Source of the DNA: Escherichia coli
Lineage (GTDB): Bacteria; Pseudomonadota; Gammaproteobacteria; Enterobacterales; Enterobacteriaceae
DNA length: 64,000 nt
Strand: one strand, 5' to 3'
Assembly (NCBI RefSeq): GCF_016903815.1
Contig: NZ_CP069973.1
In this document: positions 1 through 11,954 of the stretch, one piece after another
Layout of the letters: each line of letters opens with the position of its first letter
Numbering within the stretch: the stretch's first letter is position 1
Position numbers and translations under genes: made by a program
Notes under the pieces: model-generated
What the model saw: only the letters and a program-made list of their open reading frames with translations
Told to the model about the DNA's origin: nothing
The model's database searches: none

Positions 1-909
1 GGCGTTAATCAGCACGTTTCTCGCTTTCATGTATTCGCCTAACGCGGCAGCATTTTCTTCCCCGACGCGAACAAACAGCATATTGGTGTCCTGACGCATC
101 ACATCCGCGCCTGCTTCACGCAACTGCTCCGCCATCCAGGCGGCATTGTCATGATCTTCCTGCAAGCGTGCGACGTTATTTTTCAGGGCATACATCCCGG
201 CGGCTGCCAGAATGCCGGACTGGCGCATCCCGCCACCTGTCATTTTCCGCCAGCGAATTGCACGTTTAATGTAGTCACGGTTACCGACCAGTAACGAACC
301 GACTGGCGTACCAAGACCTTTCGACAGACAAATGGTGAACGAATCACAATATTGCGTGATCTCTTTTAGTTCGCAGCCATAAGCCACGATGGCATTAAAG
401 ATGCGCGCACCGTCAACATGCAGCGCCAGATTGCGCTCGCGAGTAAATTCCCATGCTTCTTTCAGGTATTCCCGCGGCAGCACTTTGCCGTTGTGGGTGT
501 TTTCCAGACTGAGTAATTTGGTGCGGGCGAAATGGATATCGTCGGGTTTGATTTTCATCGCCACTTTATCCAGCGGTAGCGTGCCGTCGGCAGCCGCGTC
601 GATGGGTTGCGGTTGAATACTGCCCAGCACCGCCGCGCCACCGGCTTCAAACAGATAGTTATGCGCGGCCTGACCGACAATATACTCTTCGCCGCGTTCA
701 CAGTGACTGAGCAGAGCGACCAGGTTGGCCTGAGTGCCGGTAGGCAGAAAAATGGCGGCTTCTTTACCGGAAAGCTCTGCTGCATAGTCCTGCAGAGCAT
801 TAACGGTAGGGTCGTCTCCGTAAACGTCGTCCCCAACCGGGGCGGCCATCATCGCTTCGAGCATGGCGCGGCTCGGTCGGGTAACGGTATCACTGCGTAA
901 ATCAATCAT
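1..909 (-). CDS. ltaE: low-specificity L-threonine aldolase, C-terminus cut by window start
   Basis: Reverse-strand translation from ATG at 909 reads MIDLRSDTVTRPSRAMLEAMMAAPVGDDVYGDDPTVNALQDYAA, which matches LtaE; no stop before position 1; lies downstream of poxB as in K-12. Confidence 0.85.
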   Translation of the reverse strand, partial: MIDLRSDTVTRPSRAMLEAMMAAPVGDDVYGDDPTVNALQDYAAELSGKEAAIFLPTGTQANLVALLSHCERGEEYIVGQAAHNYLFEAGGAAVLGSIQPQPIDAAADGTLPLDKVAMKIKPDDIHFARTKLLSLENTHNGKVLPREYLKEAWEFTRERNLALHVDGARIFNAIVAYGCELKEITQYCDSFTICLSKGLGTPVGSLLVGNRDYIKRAIRWRKMTGGGMRQSGILAAAGMYALKNNVARLQEDHDNAAWMAEQLREAGADVMRQDTNMLFVRVGEENAAALGEYMKARNVLINA

Positions 910-945
910 GGCATGTCCTTATTATGACGGGAAATGCCACCCTTT

Positions 946-2664
946 TTACCTTAGCCAGTTTGTTTTCGCCAGTTCGATCACTTCATCGCCGCGTCCGCTG
1001 ATGATTGCGCGCAGCATATACAGGCTGAAACCTTTGGCCTGTTCGAGTTTGATCTGCGGTGGAATGGCTAATTCTTCTTTGGCGACCACCACATCCACCA
1101 GCACCGGACCGTCGATGGAAAAGGCGCGTTGCAGGGCTTCATCGACTTCAGAGGCTTTTTCCACGCGAATACCCGTAATTCCGCACGCTTCGGCAATGCG
1201 GGCAAAGTTGGTGTCGTGCAGCTCAGTACCGTCTGTCAGGTAGCCTCCGGCTTTCATCTCCATCGCCACAAAGCCCAGCACGCTGTTATTAAAGACGATA
1301 ATTTTCACCGGCAGTTTCATCTGCACTACTGAGAGGAAATCGCCCATCAACATGCTAAAACCGCCATCGCCGCACATGGCGACCACCTGACGTTCCGGCT
1401 CGGTTGCCTGCGCACCCAACGCCTGCGGCATGGCGTTAGCCATCGAACCGTGGTTAAACGAACCTAACAGACGACGCTTGCCGTTCATTTTCAGATAACG
1501 TGCCGCCCACACCGTTGGCGTACCAACGTCACAGGTAAAGATGGCGTCATCGGCGGCAAAATGACTAATTTGCTGCGCCAGATATTGCGGGTGAATGGCT
1601 TTCTCGCTCGGTTTAGCTAAATCGTCCAGCCCTTTGCGGGCGTCGCGGTAATCTTCCAGCGCTTTATCCAGAAACTTGCGATCGGCTTTTTCTTCCACCA
1701 ATGGCAGCAATGCACGCAGAGTCGACTTGATATCGCCGACCAGTGCCATATCCACCTTGCTGTGAGCGCCGATGCTGGCTGGGTTGATATCAATCTGAAT
1801 GATTTTGGCATCGGTCGGGTAGAAGGCGCGGTAGGGGAACTGAGTACCGAGTAGCACTAACGTGTCGGCGTTCATCATGGTATGGAAACCTGACGAGAAG
1901 CCAATTAATCCCGTCATTCCGACATCATACGGATTATCGTATTCGACATGTTCTTTACCGCGCAGGGCATGAACAATAGGCGCTTTAATTTTCCCGGCAA
2001 ACTCAACTAACTCTTTATGCGCCCCCGCGCAGCCGCTGCCACACATCAGGGCGATATTGCTGGAATAACGCAGCAGTTGCGCCAGTTTGCGTAACTCTTC
2101 TTCTTCCGGCGTCACGACTGGCTGTGGCGCATGATACCAGTGCGAGGTTGCCCCTTCTGGCGCAGGTTTTAACGCCACGTCGCCCGGTAACACGACAACG
2201 GAAACGCCACGGTTAAGCACCGCTTTGCGCATGGCAATCGCCAGCACTTGTGGGATCTGCTCCGGGCTGGAAACCAGCTCGCAATAGTGACTACATTCGC
2301 GGAATAGCTCTTGTGGGTGGGTTTCCTGGAAATAGCCGCTGCCAATTTCGCTGGAGGGAATATGAGCGGCAATCGCCAGTACCGGAACGTGATTGCGGTG
2401 GCAATCAAACAGGCCGTTGATTAAGTGCAGGTTTCCGGGGCCGCACGATCCGGCACAGACCGCCAGTTCTCCTGAAAGTTGTGCTTCAGCGCCAGCGGCA
2501 AAGGCCGCCACTTCTTCATGGCGGGTGGACATCCACTCGATGGTGCCCATGCGATTAAGACTGTCACTAAGACCGTTCAGAGAGTCGCCCGTGACTCCCC
2601 AGATGCGTTTCACGCCTGCCGATTCGAGTGTTTTGGCGATATAAGCTGCAACCGTTTGTTTCAT
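946..2664 (-). CDS. poxB: pyruvate oxidase (ubiquinone-dependent, ThDP/FAD)
   Basis: 572-aa ORF, full-length match to PoxB as I recall it; ThDP-binding GDG motif region. Confidence 0.95.
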   Translation of the reverse strand: MKQTVAAYIAKTLESAGVKRIWGVTGDSLNGLSDSLNRMGTIEWMSTRHEEVAAFAAGAEAQLSGELAVCAGSCGPGNLHLINGLFDCHRNHVPVLAIAAHIPSSEIGSGYFQETHPQELFRECSHYCELVSSPEQIPQVLAIAMRKAVLNRGVSVVVLPGDVALKPAPEGATSHWYHAPQPVVTPEEEELRKLAQLLRYSSNIALMCGSGCAGAHKELVEFAGKIKAPIVHALRGKEHVEYDNPYDVGMTGLIGFSSGFHTMMNADTLVLLGTQFPYRAFYPTDAKIIQIDINPASIGAHSKVDMALVGDIKSTLRALLPLVEEKADRKFLDKALEDYRDARKGLDDLAKPSEKAIHPQYLAQQISHFAADDAIFTCDVGTPTVWAARYLKMNGKRRLLGSFNHGSMANAMPQALGAQATEPERQVVAMCGDGGFSMLMGDFLSVVQMKLPVKIIVFNNSVLGFVAMEMKAGGYLTDGTELHDTNFARIAEACGITGIRVEKASEVDEALQRAFSIDGPVLVDVVVAKEELAIPPQIKLEQAKGFSLYMLRAIISGRGDEVIELAKTNWLR

Positions 2665-2796
2665 GGTTCTCCATCTCCTGAATGTGATAACGGTTACAAG
2701 TTTAGTTCATCTGACGGAGGGGGAAGGGATGGGAGAAAAAGGAGGCACTAACGGTTAAATAGCCCGATGAAAGGAATATCATCGGGCATAAGGCGA

Positions 2797-3765
2797 TTAT
2801 GCGAGAACCAAATCTCCCTGCGGATGGCAGGAGCAGGCCAGTACGTAACCTTCAGCGATTTCGGCGTCGGTCAGCGTCATTGTGCTGCTTACCGTATATT
2901 CACCGGAAACCACTTTTGTCTTACAGCAGCCGCAAACACCTGCACGGCAGGCGGCGACAACCGGAACGTTATTGCTTTCCAGCGCCTCCAGTAGCGTGGT
3001 GCCAACCGGGGCGTAAAATTCTCGTGCCGGTTGCAGTTTGGTGAATTTCAGACCGCTGGTCGCCGCTTCCGCTACTGGGGTGAAGAATTTCTCTTTAAAG
3101 AAACGCGTCACGCCGAGCGCTTTCACTTCCTGCTCTACCCAATCCATATACGGAGCCGGGCCGCAGGTCATCACGGTACGTGAAGCTAAGTCAGGAACGC
3201 GAGTCAGCAGTTCGCGAGTGAGACGACCAGCGATAAAGCCTTCGGTAACGTTATTTTCTGCCACCAGCGTCACCGGATAGTTGCGCCACTCATCGGCGAA
3301 AATAACATCCTGCGGCGAACGCACGTTGTAGATCACCTGCACATCGGCCTGCGGACGGTTCTTCGCCAGCCAGCGACGCATCGACATAATCGGCGTGACG
3401 CCGCAGCCTGCCGCCAGCAACAGGAATTTATCTTCTGCTTTATCGTCGCAGGTAAATTCCCCCATCGCGTCCGAAAGCCAGAGATAATCACCGCGTTTTA
3501 CATCGCGCGTCAGCCACTGGGAGCCGACACCGTCATCAATCCGCCGCACGGTCAGGGTGATATATTCACTCACGCCTGGCGTGGAGGAAATGGTGTAAGC
3601 ACGCAGCGTTTCCGCTGAGTTACGCACGCTGACCAGTGCATATTGCCCGGCGCGATATGGGTAGTAATCGTGGCAAATCAGGGAAATCGTCCACACATCC
3701 GGCGTTTCTTGCGTAATGTGATGAACCTGCATCCGCCATGGGCATTGATTCGTTGGCATCGTCAT
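2797..3765 (-). CDS. hcr: NADH oxidoreductase for hybrid-cluster protein (FAD/2Fe-2S)
   Basis: ORF with internal start MTMPTNQCPW; C-terminal ferredoxin-type Cys cluster (CRAGVCGCC); immediately downstream of hcp. Confidence 0.9.
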   Translation of the reverse strand: MTMPTNQCPWRMQVHHITQETPDVWTISLICHDYYPYRAGQYALVSVRNSAETLRAYTISSTPGVSEYITLTVRRIDDGVGSQWLTRDVKRGDYLWLSDAMGEFTCDDKAEDKFLLLAAGCGVTPIMSMRRWLAKNRPQADVQVIYNVRSPQDVIFADEWRNYPVTLVAENNVTEGFIAGRLTRELLTRVPDLASRTVMTCGPAPYMDWVEQEVKALGVTRFFKEKFFTPVAEAATSGLKFTKLQPAREFYAPVGTTLLEALESNNVPVVAACRAGVCGCCKTKVVSGEYTVSSTMTLTDAEIAEGYVLACSCHPQGDLVLA

Positions 3766-3776
3766 CGACAAACTCC

Positions 3777-5429
3777 TTACGCGCTCAACAGTTGCTTCAT
3801 GTCTTCTTCAACAGTGGTGATAGAACGCAGGCCGAATTTCTCGTTCAGCACCGCCAGCAGGTCTGGTGTCAGGAAACCAGGTGCAGTCGGGCCGGTTACG
3901 ATATTTTTTACACCCAGAGAAAGCAGTGTCAGCAGAATGACAATCGCTTTCTGTTCAAACCACGAGAGCACCAGCGACAGCGGCAGATCGTTGACACCGC
4001 AGCCCAGTTTTTCTGCCAGCGTTACCGCCAGAATAATCGCTGAGTAAGCATCGTTACATTGACCTGCATCTACCAGACGCGGCAGACCTTCGATATCGCC
4101 AAACTCGAGTTTGTTAAAGCGATATTTACCACAGGCGAGAGTCAGGATCAGACAGTCATCCGGCACGCTGGTGGCGAAATCGGTGAAGTAGTGACGCTCG
4201 CCGCGTGCGCCGTCACAGCCGCCAAGCAGGAAGATATGACGCAGTTTTTCACGGCTTACCAGATCAATCAGCGTATCCGCTGCGCCAAGCAGCGTTTGAC
4301 GACCAAAGCCCACGGTGATCAGGTGCGGAATTTCGCTGTACGGGAAGCCCGCCATTTGTTGCGCCTGGGCGATGACCGCAGAGAAATCTTCGCCATCCAG
4401 ATGACGCACACCCGGCCAGCCAACGATGCTGCGGGTCCAGATACGATCGTCATAAGCGCCTACGGTTGGGTCGATGATGCAGTTCGAGGTCATCACGATG
4501 GGGCCAGGGAAACGAGCGAACTCCACTTGCTGATTCTGCCAGCCGCTGCCGTAGTTACCGACCAGATGCTTGAATTTACGCAGCTCCGGGTAGCCATGCG
4601 CAGGCAGCATTTCGCCGTGGGTGTAGACATTAACGCCCGTGCCTTCGGTCTGTTCCAGCAGGTTGTAGAGATCTTTGAGATCGTGACCGGAAATCAGAAT
4701 GCATTTACCCGCCGTCGCTTTGACGTTGACCTGGGTTGGCGTCGGGTGACCGTATTTACTGGTTTCGCCTGCATCCAGAATGCTCATCACTTTGAAGTTC
4801 ATCTGGCCGATTTCCATTGAACACTCAAGAAGCGCGTTCATATCGGCAGGCCAGGTCCCCAGCCACGCCATGATTTTATGGTACTGGGCGTAAATATCAT
4901 TGTCGTATTGACCGAGAACGTGTGCGTGTTCCATATAGGCCGCCGCACCTTTCAGGCCATACAGGCACAGCAGGCGCAGGCCGAGAATGTTTTCGCCAAT
5001 CGCCGCTTTATCTTTGTTAGGGGTAAATTCTGCTGCCTGACGTTGCAGCTCGCCGAGATCATCGCTCACCAGTTGCAGGTCAGCCATCGGGTTATCGACG
5101 CGGGCGTTGGCATCTACAGCCAGGCATTGTGCTTTCAGCGCCTCGCGCAGGGCAATCGCTTCACGAGCGTAGCCGACTATACGCGGAGAATCGAAGTTAA
5201 CGTTGGTCAGGGTTGAGAAAAATGCGCGTGGCGCAAAGCTGTCTACATCGTGGTTGATGATGCCGTATTCACGCGCTTTTACCGCCCAGGCCGAAAGCCC
5301 TTGCAGCGCCGCGATGAGTAAATCCTGAAGGTCAGAGGTTTCCGCCGTTTTACCACACATCCCCTGCGCGTATGAGCAGCCGTTTCCTGCCGGAGTACGG
5401 ATAGTTTGTTCACATTGCACACAAAACAT
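3777..5429 (-). CDS. hcp: hybrid-cluster protein / hydroxylamine reductase
   Basis: 550-aa product starting MFCVQCEQT with N-terminal Cys cluster; synteny. Confidence 0.92.
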   Translation of the reverse strand: MFCVQCEQTIRTPAGNGCSYAQGMCGKTAETSDLQDLLIAALQGLSAWAVKAREYGIINHDVDSFAPRAFFSTLTNVNFDSPRIVGYAREAIALREALKAQCLAVDANARVDNPMADLQLVSDDLGELQRQAAEFTPNKDKAAIGENILGLRLLCLYGLKGAAAYMEHAHVLGQYDNDIYAQYHKIMAWLGTWPADMNALLECSMEIGQMNFKVMSILDAGETSKYGHPTPTQVNVKATAGKCILISGHDLKDLYNLLEQTEGTGVNVYTHGEMLPAHGYPELRKFKHLVGNYGSGWQNQQVEFARFPGPIVMTSNCIIDPTVGAYDDRIWTRSIVGWPGVRHLDGEDFSAVIAQAQQMAGFPYSEIPHLITVGFGRQTLLGAADTLIDLVSREKLRHIFLLGGCDGARGERHYFTDFATSVPDDCLILTLACGKYRFNKLEFGDIEGLPRLVDAGQCNDAYSAIILAVTLAEKLGCGVNDLPLSLVLSWFEQKAIVILLTLLSLGVKNIVTGPTAPGFLTPDLLAVLNEKFGLRSITTVEEDMKQLLSA

Positions 5430-5572
5430 GATCACACCTTTTAAAGTTATATTTAATATACATGTTTAAGGTTAAGACGCTTAACGCAGGGATAAAAGGG
5501 ATTTTTCATGCAACTTTAAGGGAGATTGATTTAGCGCAATTTTGGCGGCAGGGATCTACCGCCAGAGAGGTA

Positions 5573-6472
5573 TTACGCAGAGAAAAAGGCGATGAGGATC
5601 GGCACTAACAGGCTAAGAATAAAACCGTGAACAATTGCCGCCGGGACCATATCCAGCCCGCCAGTACGTTGAAGAACGGGCAGGGTGAAATCCATTGATG
5701 TGGCACCGCATAAGCCCAGTGCAGTCGAGCGGCTGCGGCGAATCAGCCCAGGGATCAACATAATAGCAATCAGCTCACGGGCCAGATCATTAAAAAACGC
5801 CGCGCTCCCGATTACCGGACCAAAAGATTCGGTCAATAAAATACCGGAAAGAGAATACCAGCCGAAACCGGAGGCCATTGCCAGCGCGGTATTGATGGGA
5901 AGATCAAGAATAAAGGCGTTAATTAAACCACCAATTAATGAACTGGCAACCACCACCACGGCGACAATCATTCCCCGGCGATTAAGGACAATCTGCTTTA
6001 AGGTCATGCCATTATTGCGCAACTGAATACCGACGAGGAAAAGTAGTAGAATTAAGGTGTATTCACTGGCTTCGGTCGCGTGTTGTAAGAAAGCCAGTCC
6101 ACTCAGGCCAATGGCAAAACCAATCACTACTACGCCGCACAGTTTTAGCGACTCCAGCGCCATCGCAATACGCGACGGGAGTTTTTCTTGCTGGTGGTAG
6201 TTGCGCCACGGCAGACCGCGCTCCAGCCACATCAGGGCGGCAATATTACACAGTAAAATAACGGTAATACTGACAGCAGAATAATGCAGAATCGCCAACA
6301 GGTTACTGGCGAGGTTATCGAGAAACGCCAGACTGATACCCATAAAAAAGAGAATAAGGTAAACCATCCAACTTAATAGCTGATTAATAACTCTTAATGC
6401 AGCTTTTTGGCGAAGCGGAATGAGGTAACCCACAATCAGGGGAACCAGAATGATTAACAGCCCAGAAAACAT
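5573..6472 (-). CDS. lysO: lysine exporter LysO (YbjE), inner membrane protein
   Basis: Multi-TM ORF; start chosen at MFSGLLIILVPL to give ~299 aa; synteny next to aqpZ. Confidence 0.85.
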   Translation of the reverse strand: MFSGLLIILVPLIVGYLIPLRQKAALRVINQLLSWMVYLILFFMGISLAFLDNLASNLLAILHYSAVSITVILLCNIAALMWLERGLPWRNYHQQEKLPSRIAMALESLKLCGVVVIGFAIGLSGLAFLQHATEASEYTLILLLFLVGIQLRNNGMTLKQIVLNRRGMIVAVVVVASSLIGGLINAFILDLPINTALAMASGFGWYSLSGILLTESFGPVIGSAAFFNDLARELIAIMLIPGLIRRSRSTALGLCGATSMDFTLPVLQRTGGLDMVPAAIVHGFILSLLVPILIAFFSA

Positions 6473-6955
6473 GAAAACCCAGTCCTTGCAAAGATGAAGT
6501 CGAAATGCGCGATGACACACTACTGAAAGCGGAAGGACGAGTAAAGTTGCAATTAAAAGGAAATGTTATGCATAAGGATCGGTAGGGTATTCATTTTCAT
6601 TTAAAGATATTCTTGCGCTTTAATTACAAACCGCACCGGTGTTGGTGGCGTCAAAATCGCCGAGGCGTTCCCTGAAGGCCGGGGCAGCCCACATGGATGT
6701 GGGCTGAGGGCGCGTTTTACAGGGATGTTACCTCGCGCCCGACCCGGTAGCCGCAAGGGATAAGTCGAGGGCACCGCGCAGCGGCGATTTTGTTCGCCAG
6801 AGCCCGGGGGTGCAGGGGGCGGCGGCGATTGGCCGCCCCCTGCGCGCTCCCTGCGCCAGTGACTATATGTGGCTTAACACATCAAGGAGCGCAACAGGAA
6901 GATGAATCAATATATTTAAAAAAGGCCTGACATTGCGCCAGGCCTTCTGCGTTAA

Positions 6956-7651
6956 TTAATTACGTTTTTCCAGCAGGGGCCGGTAAATCAGACCACCGAT
7001 AATACCGCCGACAATTGGCACCACCCAGAAGAACCACAGTTGTTCTAACGCCCAGCCGCCCTGGAAGATAGCAACCGCGGTGCTGCGCGCCGGGTTAACA
7101 GAAGTGTTAGTCACCGGAATACTGATTAAGTGAATCAGGGTTAAGGCCAGACCAATAGCGATCGGCGCAAAACCAGCAGGAGCGAATTTGTCGGTTGCGC
7201 CGTGGATCACCAGCAGGAAACCTGCACTCAATACCAGTTCAACTACCAGCGCGGAAAGCATGGAATAACCGCCTGGCGAATGCTCGCCATAACCGTTAGA
7301 AGCAAAACCGCTGGCTGCCGCGTCAAAACCCGTTTTACCACTGGCAATTAAATACAGCAGCGCCGCCGCAACAATACCGCCGACAACCTGGGCAATTACG
7401 TAGCCAACGACTTCTTTTGCCGGGAAACATCCGCCAGCCCATAAACCAATAGTGACCGCCGGGTTAAAATGACCACCAGAAATATGACCAACAGCAAAGG
7501 CCATCGTCAGAACGGTCAGACCGAATGCCAGCGCCACGCCGGCAAAACCAATGCCTAATTCCGGGAAGCCTGCGGCCAGTACGGCACTACCACAGCCACC
7601 AAAAACAAGCCAGAAAGTACCAAAACATTCAGCTGCTAATTTTCTGAACAT
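6956..7651 (-). CDS. aqpZ: aquaporin Z
   Basis: 231-aa MIP-family protein with two NPA motifs ([15 protein letters not shown]); start [14 protein letters not shown]. Confidence 0.95.
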   Translation of the reverse strand: MFRKLAAECFGTFWLVFGGCGSAVLAAGFPELGIGFAGVALAFGLTVLTMAFAVGHISGGHFNPAVTIGLWAGGCFPAKEVVGYVIAQVVGGIVAAALLYLIASGKTGFDAAASGFASNGYGEHSPGGYSMLSALVVELVLSAGFLLVIHGATDKFAPAGFAPIAIGLALTLIHLISIPVTNTSVNPARSTAVAIFQGGWALEQLWFFWVVPIVGGIIGGLIYRPLLEKRN

Positions 7652-8076
7652 ATCCACCTCAATTAAAAATTGACCCTGTGAAAAATATGGTCGTTTTATA
7701 GGGTCGTCGTAAAAAAGTGACGACGGAAATAATGCGCGGCTATTTTAAAAACGAAGGCAAATCATTCGCCAGATAAATAAATCCAGTAAATTTGATTTAG
7801 GGCAACAGCGGGTTGCCCCATATAGTCATTTGTCTGATTGACAGTGTAGTGCAAGCGAAAGATTTAATCCTTTAGGCGTAATAAAAAATAATTTATCATG
7901 CTAATTATTTGATTTTGTTGTTTTTGCAGGCTTATCAGCAAGAGGGAGTATAACGCGATTATTCGCTCATTTTTCAGACATTTGCCATGCTTAAATGTGA
8001 TGTCATCACGTATTAGCAAGGCCTTTCCCGTTATACTGCCAGCGTAAAGGATAAGTCACATATTTCTGGAGGGGAT

Positions 8077-9735
8077 ATGATTCTTGAGCGCGTTGAAATT
8101 GTGGGTTTTCGCGGTATCAACCGTTTGTCGTTGATGCTGGAACAAAACAACGTCCTGATTGGGGAGAACGCGTGGGGTAAATCCAGCTTGCTGGACGCCT
8201 TAACCCTGCTGCTATCGCCAGAATTAGATCTCTACCATTTTGAGCGCGACGATTTCTGGTTCCCGCCGGGAGATATCAACGGGCGAGAACATCATCTGCA
8301 TATTATTTTGACCTTCCGCGAATCGCTGCCAGGCCGACATCGGGTTCGCCGCTATCGGCCGCTGGAAGCGTGCTGGACGCCATGCACCGATGGCTATCAC
8401 CGTATTTTTTATCGTCTGGAAGGGGAGAGTGCGGAAGACGGCAGCGTGATGACACTGCGCAGTTTTCTCGATAAAGACGGACATCCGATTGATGTCGAGG
8501 ATATTAACGATCAGGCACGCCATCTGGTGCGTTTAATGCCGGTGCTGCGCTTGCGTGATGCCCGTTTTATGCGCCGTATTCGTAACGGCACGGTGCCAAA
8601 TGTCCCCAATGTGGAAGTCACCGCGCGCCAGCTCGATTTCCTCGCCCGTGAGTTGTCCTCACATCCGCAAAATCTCTCTGATGGACAGATTCGTCAGGGA
8701 CTTTCCGCAATGGTACAGCTGCTTGAGCATTATTTCTCTGAGCAGGGGGCCGGACAGGCGCGATATCGTTTAATGCGGCGGCGAGCCAGCAATGAGCAAC
8801 GAAGCTGGCGCTATCTGGATATCATCAACCGGATGATTGACCGACCAGGAGGGCGCTCGTATCGGGTTATTTTGCTCGGCCTGTTTGCTACTTTGTTGCA
8901 GGCAAAAGGCACATTGCGACTGGATAAAGACGCCCGTCCATTGTTGCTGATCGAAGATCCAGAAACCCGTTTACACCCCATTATGCTTTCAGTTGCCTGG
9001 CATCTGTTGAATCTTCTGCCATTGCAGCGCATTGCCACCACCAACTCTGGCGAGCTGCTTTCGTTAACGCCGGTAGAACATGTTTGCCGACTGGTACGTG
9101 AGTCCTCGCGCGTTGCCGCCTGGCGTCTGGGGCCGAGTGGTTTGAGTACCGAAGACAGCCGACGCATCTCTTTCCACATTCGTTTTAATCGTCCGTCATC
9201 GCTGTTTGCACGCTGCTGGCTGCTGGTGGAAGGCGAAACGGAAACCTGGGTTATCAATGAACTGGCGCGTCAGTGCGGACATCATTTTGATGCCGAAGGG
9301 ATCAAGGTCATTGAGTTTGCCCAGTCCGGGCTAAAGCCACTGGTTAAATTTGCCCGGCGAATGGGGATTGAATGGCATGTACTGGTCGATGGCGATGAGG
9401 CAGGGAAGAAATATGCCGCTACGGTACGCAGCCTGTTGAATAACGATCGGGAAGCCGAACGAGAACATTTAACGGCGTTACCGGCGCTGGATATGGAACA
9501 TTTTATGTATCGCCAGGGATTTTCCGATGTGTTCCACCGCGTGGCGCAAATCCCGGAAAATGTACCGATGAATCTGCGCAAAATTATCTCGAAAGCGATC
9601 CATCGCTCTTCCAAACCCGATCTTGCCATTGAAGTGGCAATGGAGGCAGGACGTCGTGGTGTGGATTCCGTACCGACGCTGCTGAAAAAAATGTTCTCAC
9701 GCGTGCTGTGGCTGGCGCGCGGTCGCGCGGATTAA
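8077..9735 (+). CDS. ybjD: OLD-family ATP-dependent endonuclease (AAA ATPase + Toprim), core-genome YbjD
   Basis: 552-aa ORF; N-terminal Walker A (GENAWGKSSLLDA); C-terminal Toprim-like region; synteny. Confidence 0.9.
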   Translation: MILERVEIVGFRGINRLSLMLEQNNVLIGENAWGKSSLLDALTLLLSPELDLYHFERDDFWFPPGDINGREHHLHIILTFRESLPGRHRVRRYRPLEACWTPCTDGYHRIFYRLEGESAEDGSVMTLRSFLDKDGHPIDVEDINDQARHLVRLMPVLRLRDARFMRRIRNGTVPNVPNVEVTARQLDFLARELSSHPQNLSDGQIRQGLSAMVQLLEHYFSEQGAGQARYRLMRRRASNEQRSWRYLDIINRMIDRPGGRSYRVILLGLFATLLQAKGTLRLDKDARPLLLIEDPETRLHPIMLSVAWHLLNLLPLQRIATTNSGELLSLTPVEHVCRLVRESSRVAAWRLGPSGLSTEDSRRISFHIRFNRPSSLFARCWLLVEGETETWVINELARQCGHHFDAEGIKVIEFAQSGLKPLVKFARRMGIEWHVLVDGDEAGKKYAATVRSLLNNDREAEREHLTALPALDMEHFMYRQGFSDVFHRVAQIPENVPMNLRKIISKAIHRSSKPDLAIEVAMEAGRRGVDSVPTLLKKMFSRVLWLARGRAD

Positions 9736-10724
9736 CCGCGAAACATCGTGGCCATTTGTGGCTGAATAGCGTCGAGCATCTCATAGCGCCGACGGTATTC
9801 AGCCCGTTTTTTACTGGCGATTTCGGCAATCTCTTTTCGTGCTATCTGTGCCGGAAGGCGGTAATGGCGTTCAGCATCACATACGCCGCCTACCGACTCC
9901 CAGAACGCGTTGTAATCAGCATGGATCTTGCCTTCTTTATCGCGATAACGCAGGCTGCGGTAAATATGTGTTTCATTGCTGACGGCAATGATCTGCTCTA
10001 CCTGCAAACGTTGGGCAAACAGACAGGCCGCTTCCATCACAAGGCGTTTGGGAAATAGCCCGTGGCAGGCTTTCGTCGCATTCTGGATTTCCTGATGTGG
10101 AATTTCCCATTTTGCGCCTTGCAGTCCGCCAATAAACATTGTTCTTTCCCCCTGATATTCACACAGGGTAAACGTGATCTCTGCCAGAGGAATACCTTCG
10201 CTGTTGCGGAACAGGATTGTGCTGTCACCTTCTTTATCCATTGAGATCATCATGGTCAGCTCAAGTGTGAACTGCTCGCCGTTTTTGCCTTCCAGCTTCG
10301 CCAGTTGCAGCCCGGGGGTATTCAAATATAAGCTGAATTCTTCCGCCGACATACATCCGCGGAGTAACGCATAATGGTAACGTAACGCCTCCAGCAATTG
10401 CTTACGGCTAAGATTCGCCGCAAGGTAAGGGCGATGCAGACGCACAGGCAGTCGCGGCTGGCGCGTTAACAACACATTGAGATTAGGCCAGTGGGAAAGT
10501 TCGTTCATCCACTCAACGCTTAAACGCGGCATAATCAACGAGCGCAGCAAAAATTTCTGGCGAAAACTACGGCGATGCCAGAATTTACCCGGCCGACACT
10601 GTCCACGTGCCAGACTAAGAAAAAGTGACAGGCTGCTGAGAGATTCAGATGGCGTAAAGGTCCGTTCAGTTAGCTGCGACATATTCATGAAATCAATGGT
10701 TATACATGACGTCGATTTCACCAT
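9732..10724 (-). CDS. ybjX: DUF535/VirK-family protein YbjX
   Basis: 330-aa ORF convergent with ybjD (4-bp overlap); synteny; start codon not resolved between the MVKST and MNMSQ candidates. Confidence 0.8.
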   Translation of the reverse strand: MVKSTSCITIDFMNMSQLTERTFTPSESLSSLSLFLSLARGQCRPGKFWHRRSFRQKFLLRSLIMPRLSVEWMNELSHWPNLNVLLTRQPRLPVRLHRPYLAANLSRKQLLEALRYHYALLRGCMSAEEFSLYLNTPGLQLAKLEGKNGEQFTLELTMMISMDKEGDSTILFRNSEGIPLAEITFTLCEYQGERTMFIGGLQGAKWEIPHQEIQNATKACHGLFPKRLVMEAACLFAQRLQVEQIIAVSNETHIYRSLRYRDKEGKIHADYNAFWESVGGVCDAERHYRLPAQIARKEIAEIASKKRAEYRRRYEMLDAIQPQMATMFRG

Positions 10725-10838
10725 TGCGTATCTTAACCAAACATCAATAGTGTGATTACTAACGTAAATTTTAGGGTTTTGTTGATATTTCGTTGAAGTT
10801 AATGACCCGGATTGGCATATGGAGTATTCAGAATATTT

Positions 10839-11954
10839 ATGAAAAAGCGGAAAACCGTGAAGAAGCGTTACGTTATTGCGCTGGTGATAGTCATTGCCGG
10901 GCTGATTACGTTATGGAGAATTCTTAACGCACCCGTGCCGACTTATCAGACGCTGATTGTGCGCCCCGGTGATTTACAGCAAAGCGTGCTGGCGACCGGA
11001 AAGCTGGACGCGCTGCGTAAGGTTGATGTGGGCGCGCAGGTCAGCGGTCAGTTGAAAACGCTGTCGGTGGCGATTGGCGATAAAGTAAAAAAAGACCAGC
11101 TTTTAGGGGTTATTGATCCTGAACAGGCTGAAAACCAGATTAAGGAGGTGGAAGCAACGCTGATGGAGCTACGCGCGCAGCGGCAGCAGGCGGAAGCGGA
11201 GCTGAAACTGGCGCGGGTGACGTATTCCCGTCAGCAACGTCTTGCACAAACGCAAGCGGTTTCACAGCAGGATCTCGATACCGCCGCGACGGAGATGGCT
11301 GTGAAACAGGCGCAAATTGGCACCATTGACGCGCAAATCAAGCGCAATCAGGCCTCACTCGATACGGCTAAAACCAATCTCGATTACACCCGCATCGTTG
11401 CCCCGATGGCCGGGGAAGTCACGCAAATAACCACTCTGCAAGGCCAGACGGTGATTGCCGCACAACAAGCACCGAACATTCTGACGCTGGCAGATATGAG
11501 CACCATGCTGGTAAAAGCGCAGGTTTCTGAAGCGGATGTAATCCACCTGAAGCCGGGGCAAAAAGCCTGGTTTACGGTGCTTGGCGATCCACTGACGCGC
11601 TACGAGGGGCAAATCAAGGATGTGCTACCGACGCCGGAAAAGGTTAACGACGCTATTTTCTATTACGCCCGTTTTGAAGTCCCCAACCCCAATGGTTTGC
11701 TGCGGCTGGATATGACCGCGCAAGTGCATATTCAGCTCACCGATGTGAAAAATGTGCTGACGATCCCTCTGTCGGCGTTAGGCGATCCGGTTGGCGATAA
11801 TCGTTATAAAGTCAAATTGTTGCGTAATGGTGAAACACGCGAGCGTGAAGTGACGATTGGCGCACGTAACGATACCGATGTTGAGATTGTCAAAGGGCTG
11901 GAAGCGGGCGATGAAGTGGTGATTGGTGAGGCCAAACCAGGAGCTGCACAATGA
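10839..11954 (+). CDS. macA: macrolide efflux periplasmic adaptor (membrane fusion protein)
   Basis: 371 aa from [12 protein letters not shown]; coiled-coil adaptor; overlaps macB start. Confidence 0.93.
   Translation: MKKRKTVKKRYVIALVIVIAGLITLWRILNAPVPTYQTLIVRPGDLQQSVLATGKLDALRKVDVGAQVSGQLKTLSVAIGDKVKKDQLLGVIDPEQAENQIKEVEATLMELRAQRQQAEAELKLARVTYSRQQRLAQTQAVSQQDLDTAATEMAVKQAQIGTIDAQIKRNQASLDTAKTNLDYTRIVAPMAGEVTQITTLQGQTVIAAQQAPNILTLADMSTMLVKAQVSEADVIHLKPGQKAWFTVLGDPLTRYEGQIKDVLPTPEKVNDAIFYYARFEVPNPNGLLRLDMTAQVHIQLTDVKNVLTIPLSALGDPVGDNRYKVKLLRNGETREREVTIGARNDTDVEIVKGLEAGDEVVIGEAKPGAAQ

Noticed and set aside
4059-4820. 253-aa plus-strand ORF antisense to hcp
   Set aside because: Fully embedded opposite a well-supported conserved gene, with no RBS or family resemblance
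8077-9735. ybjD OLD-family (ATPase + Toprim) nuclease as a possible novel defense gene
   Set aside because: It sits in conserved core-genome synteny (aqpZ-ybjD-ybjX-macAB) with host-like composition, so it is not a new accessory system. It is worth noting only that the resident prophage has swapped its own old/tin cargo for other genes
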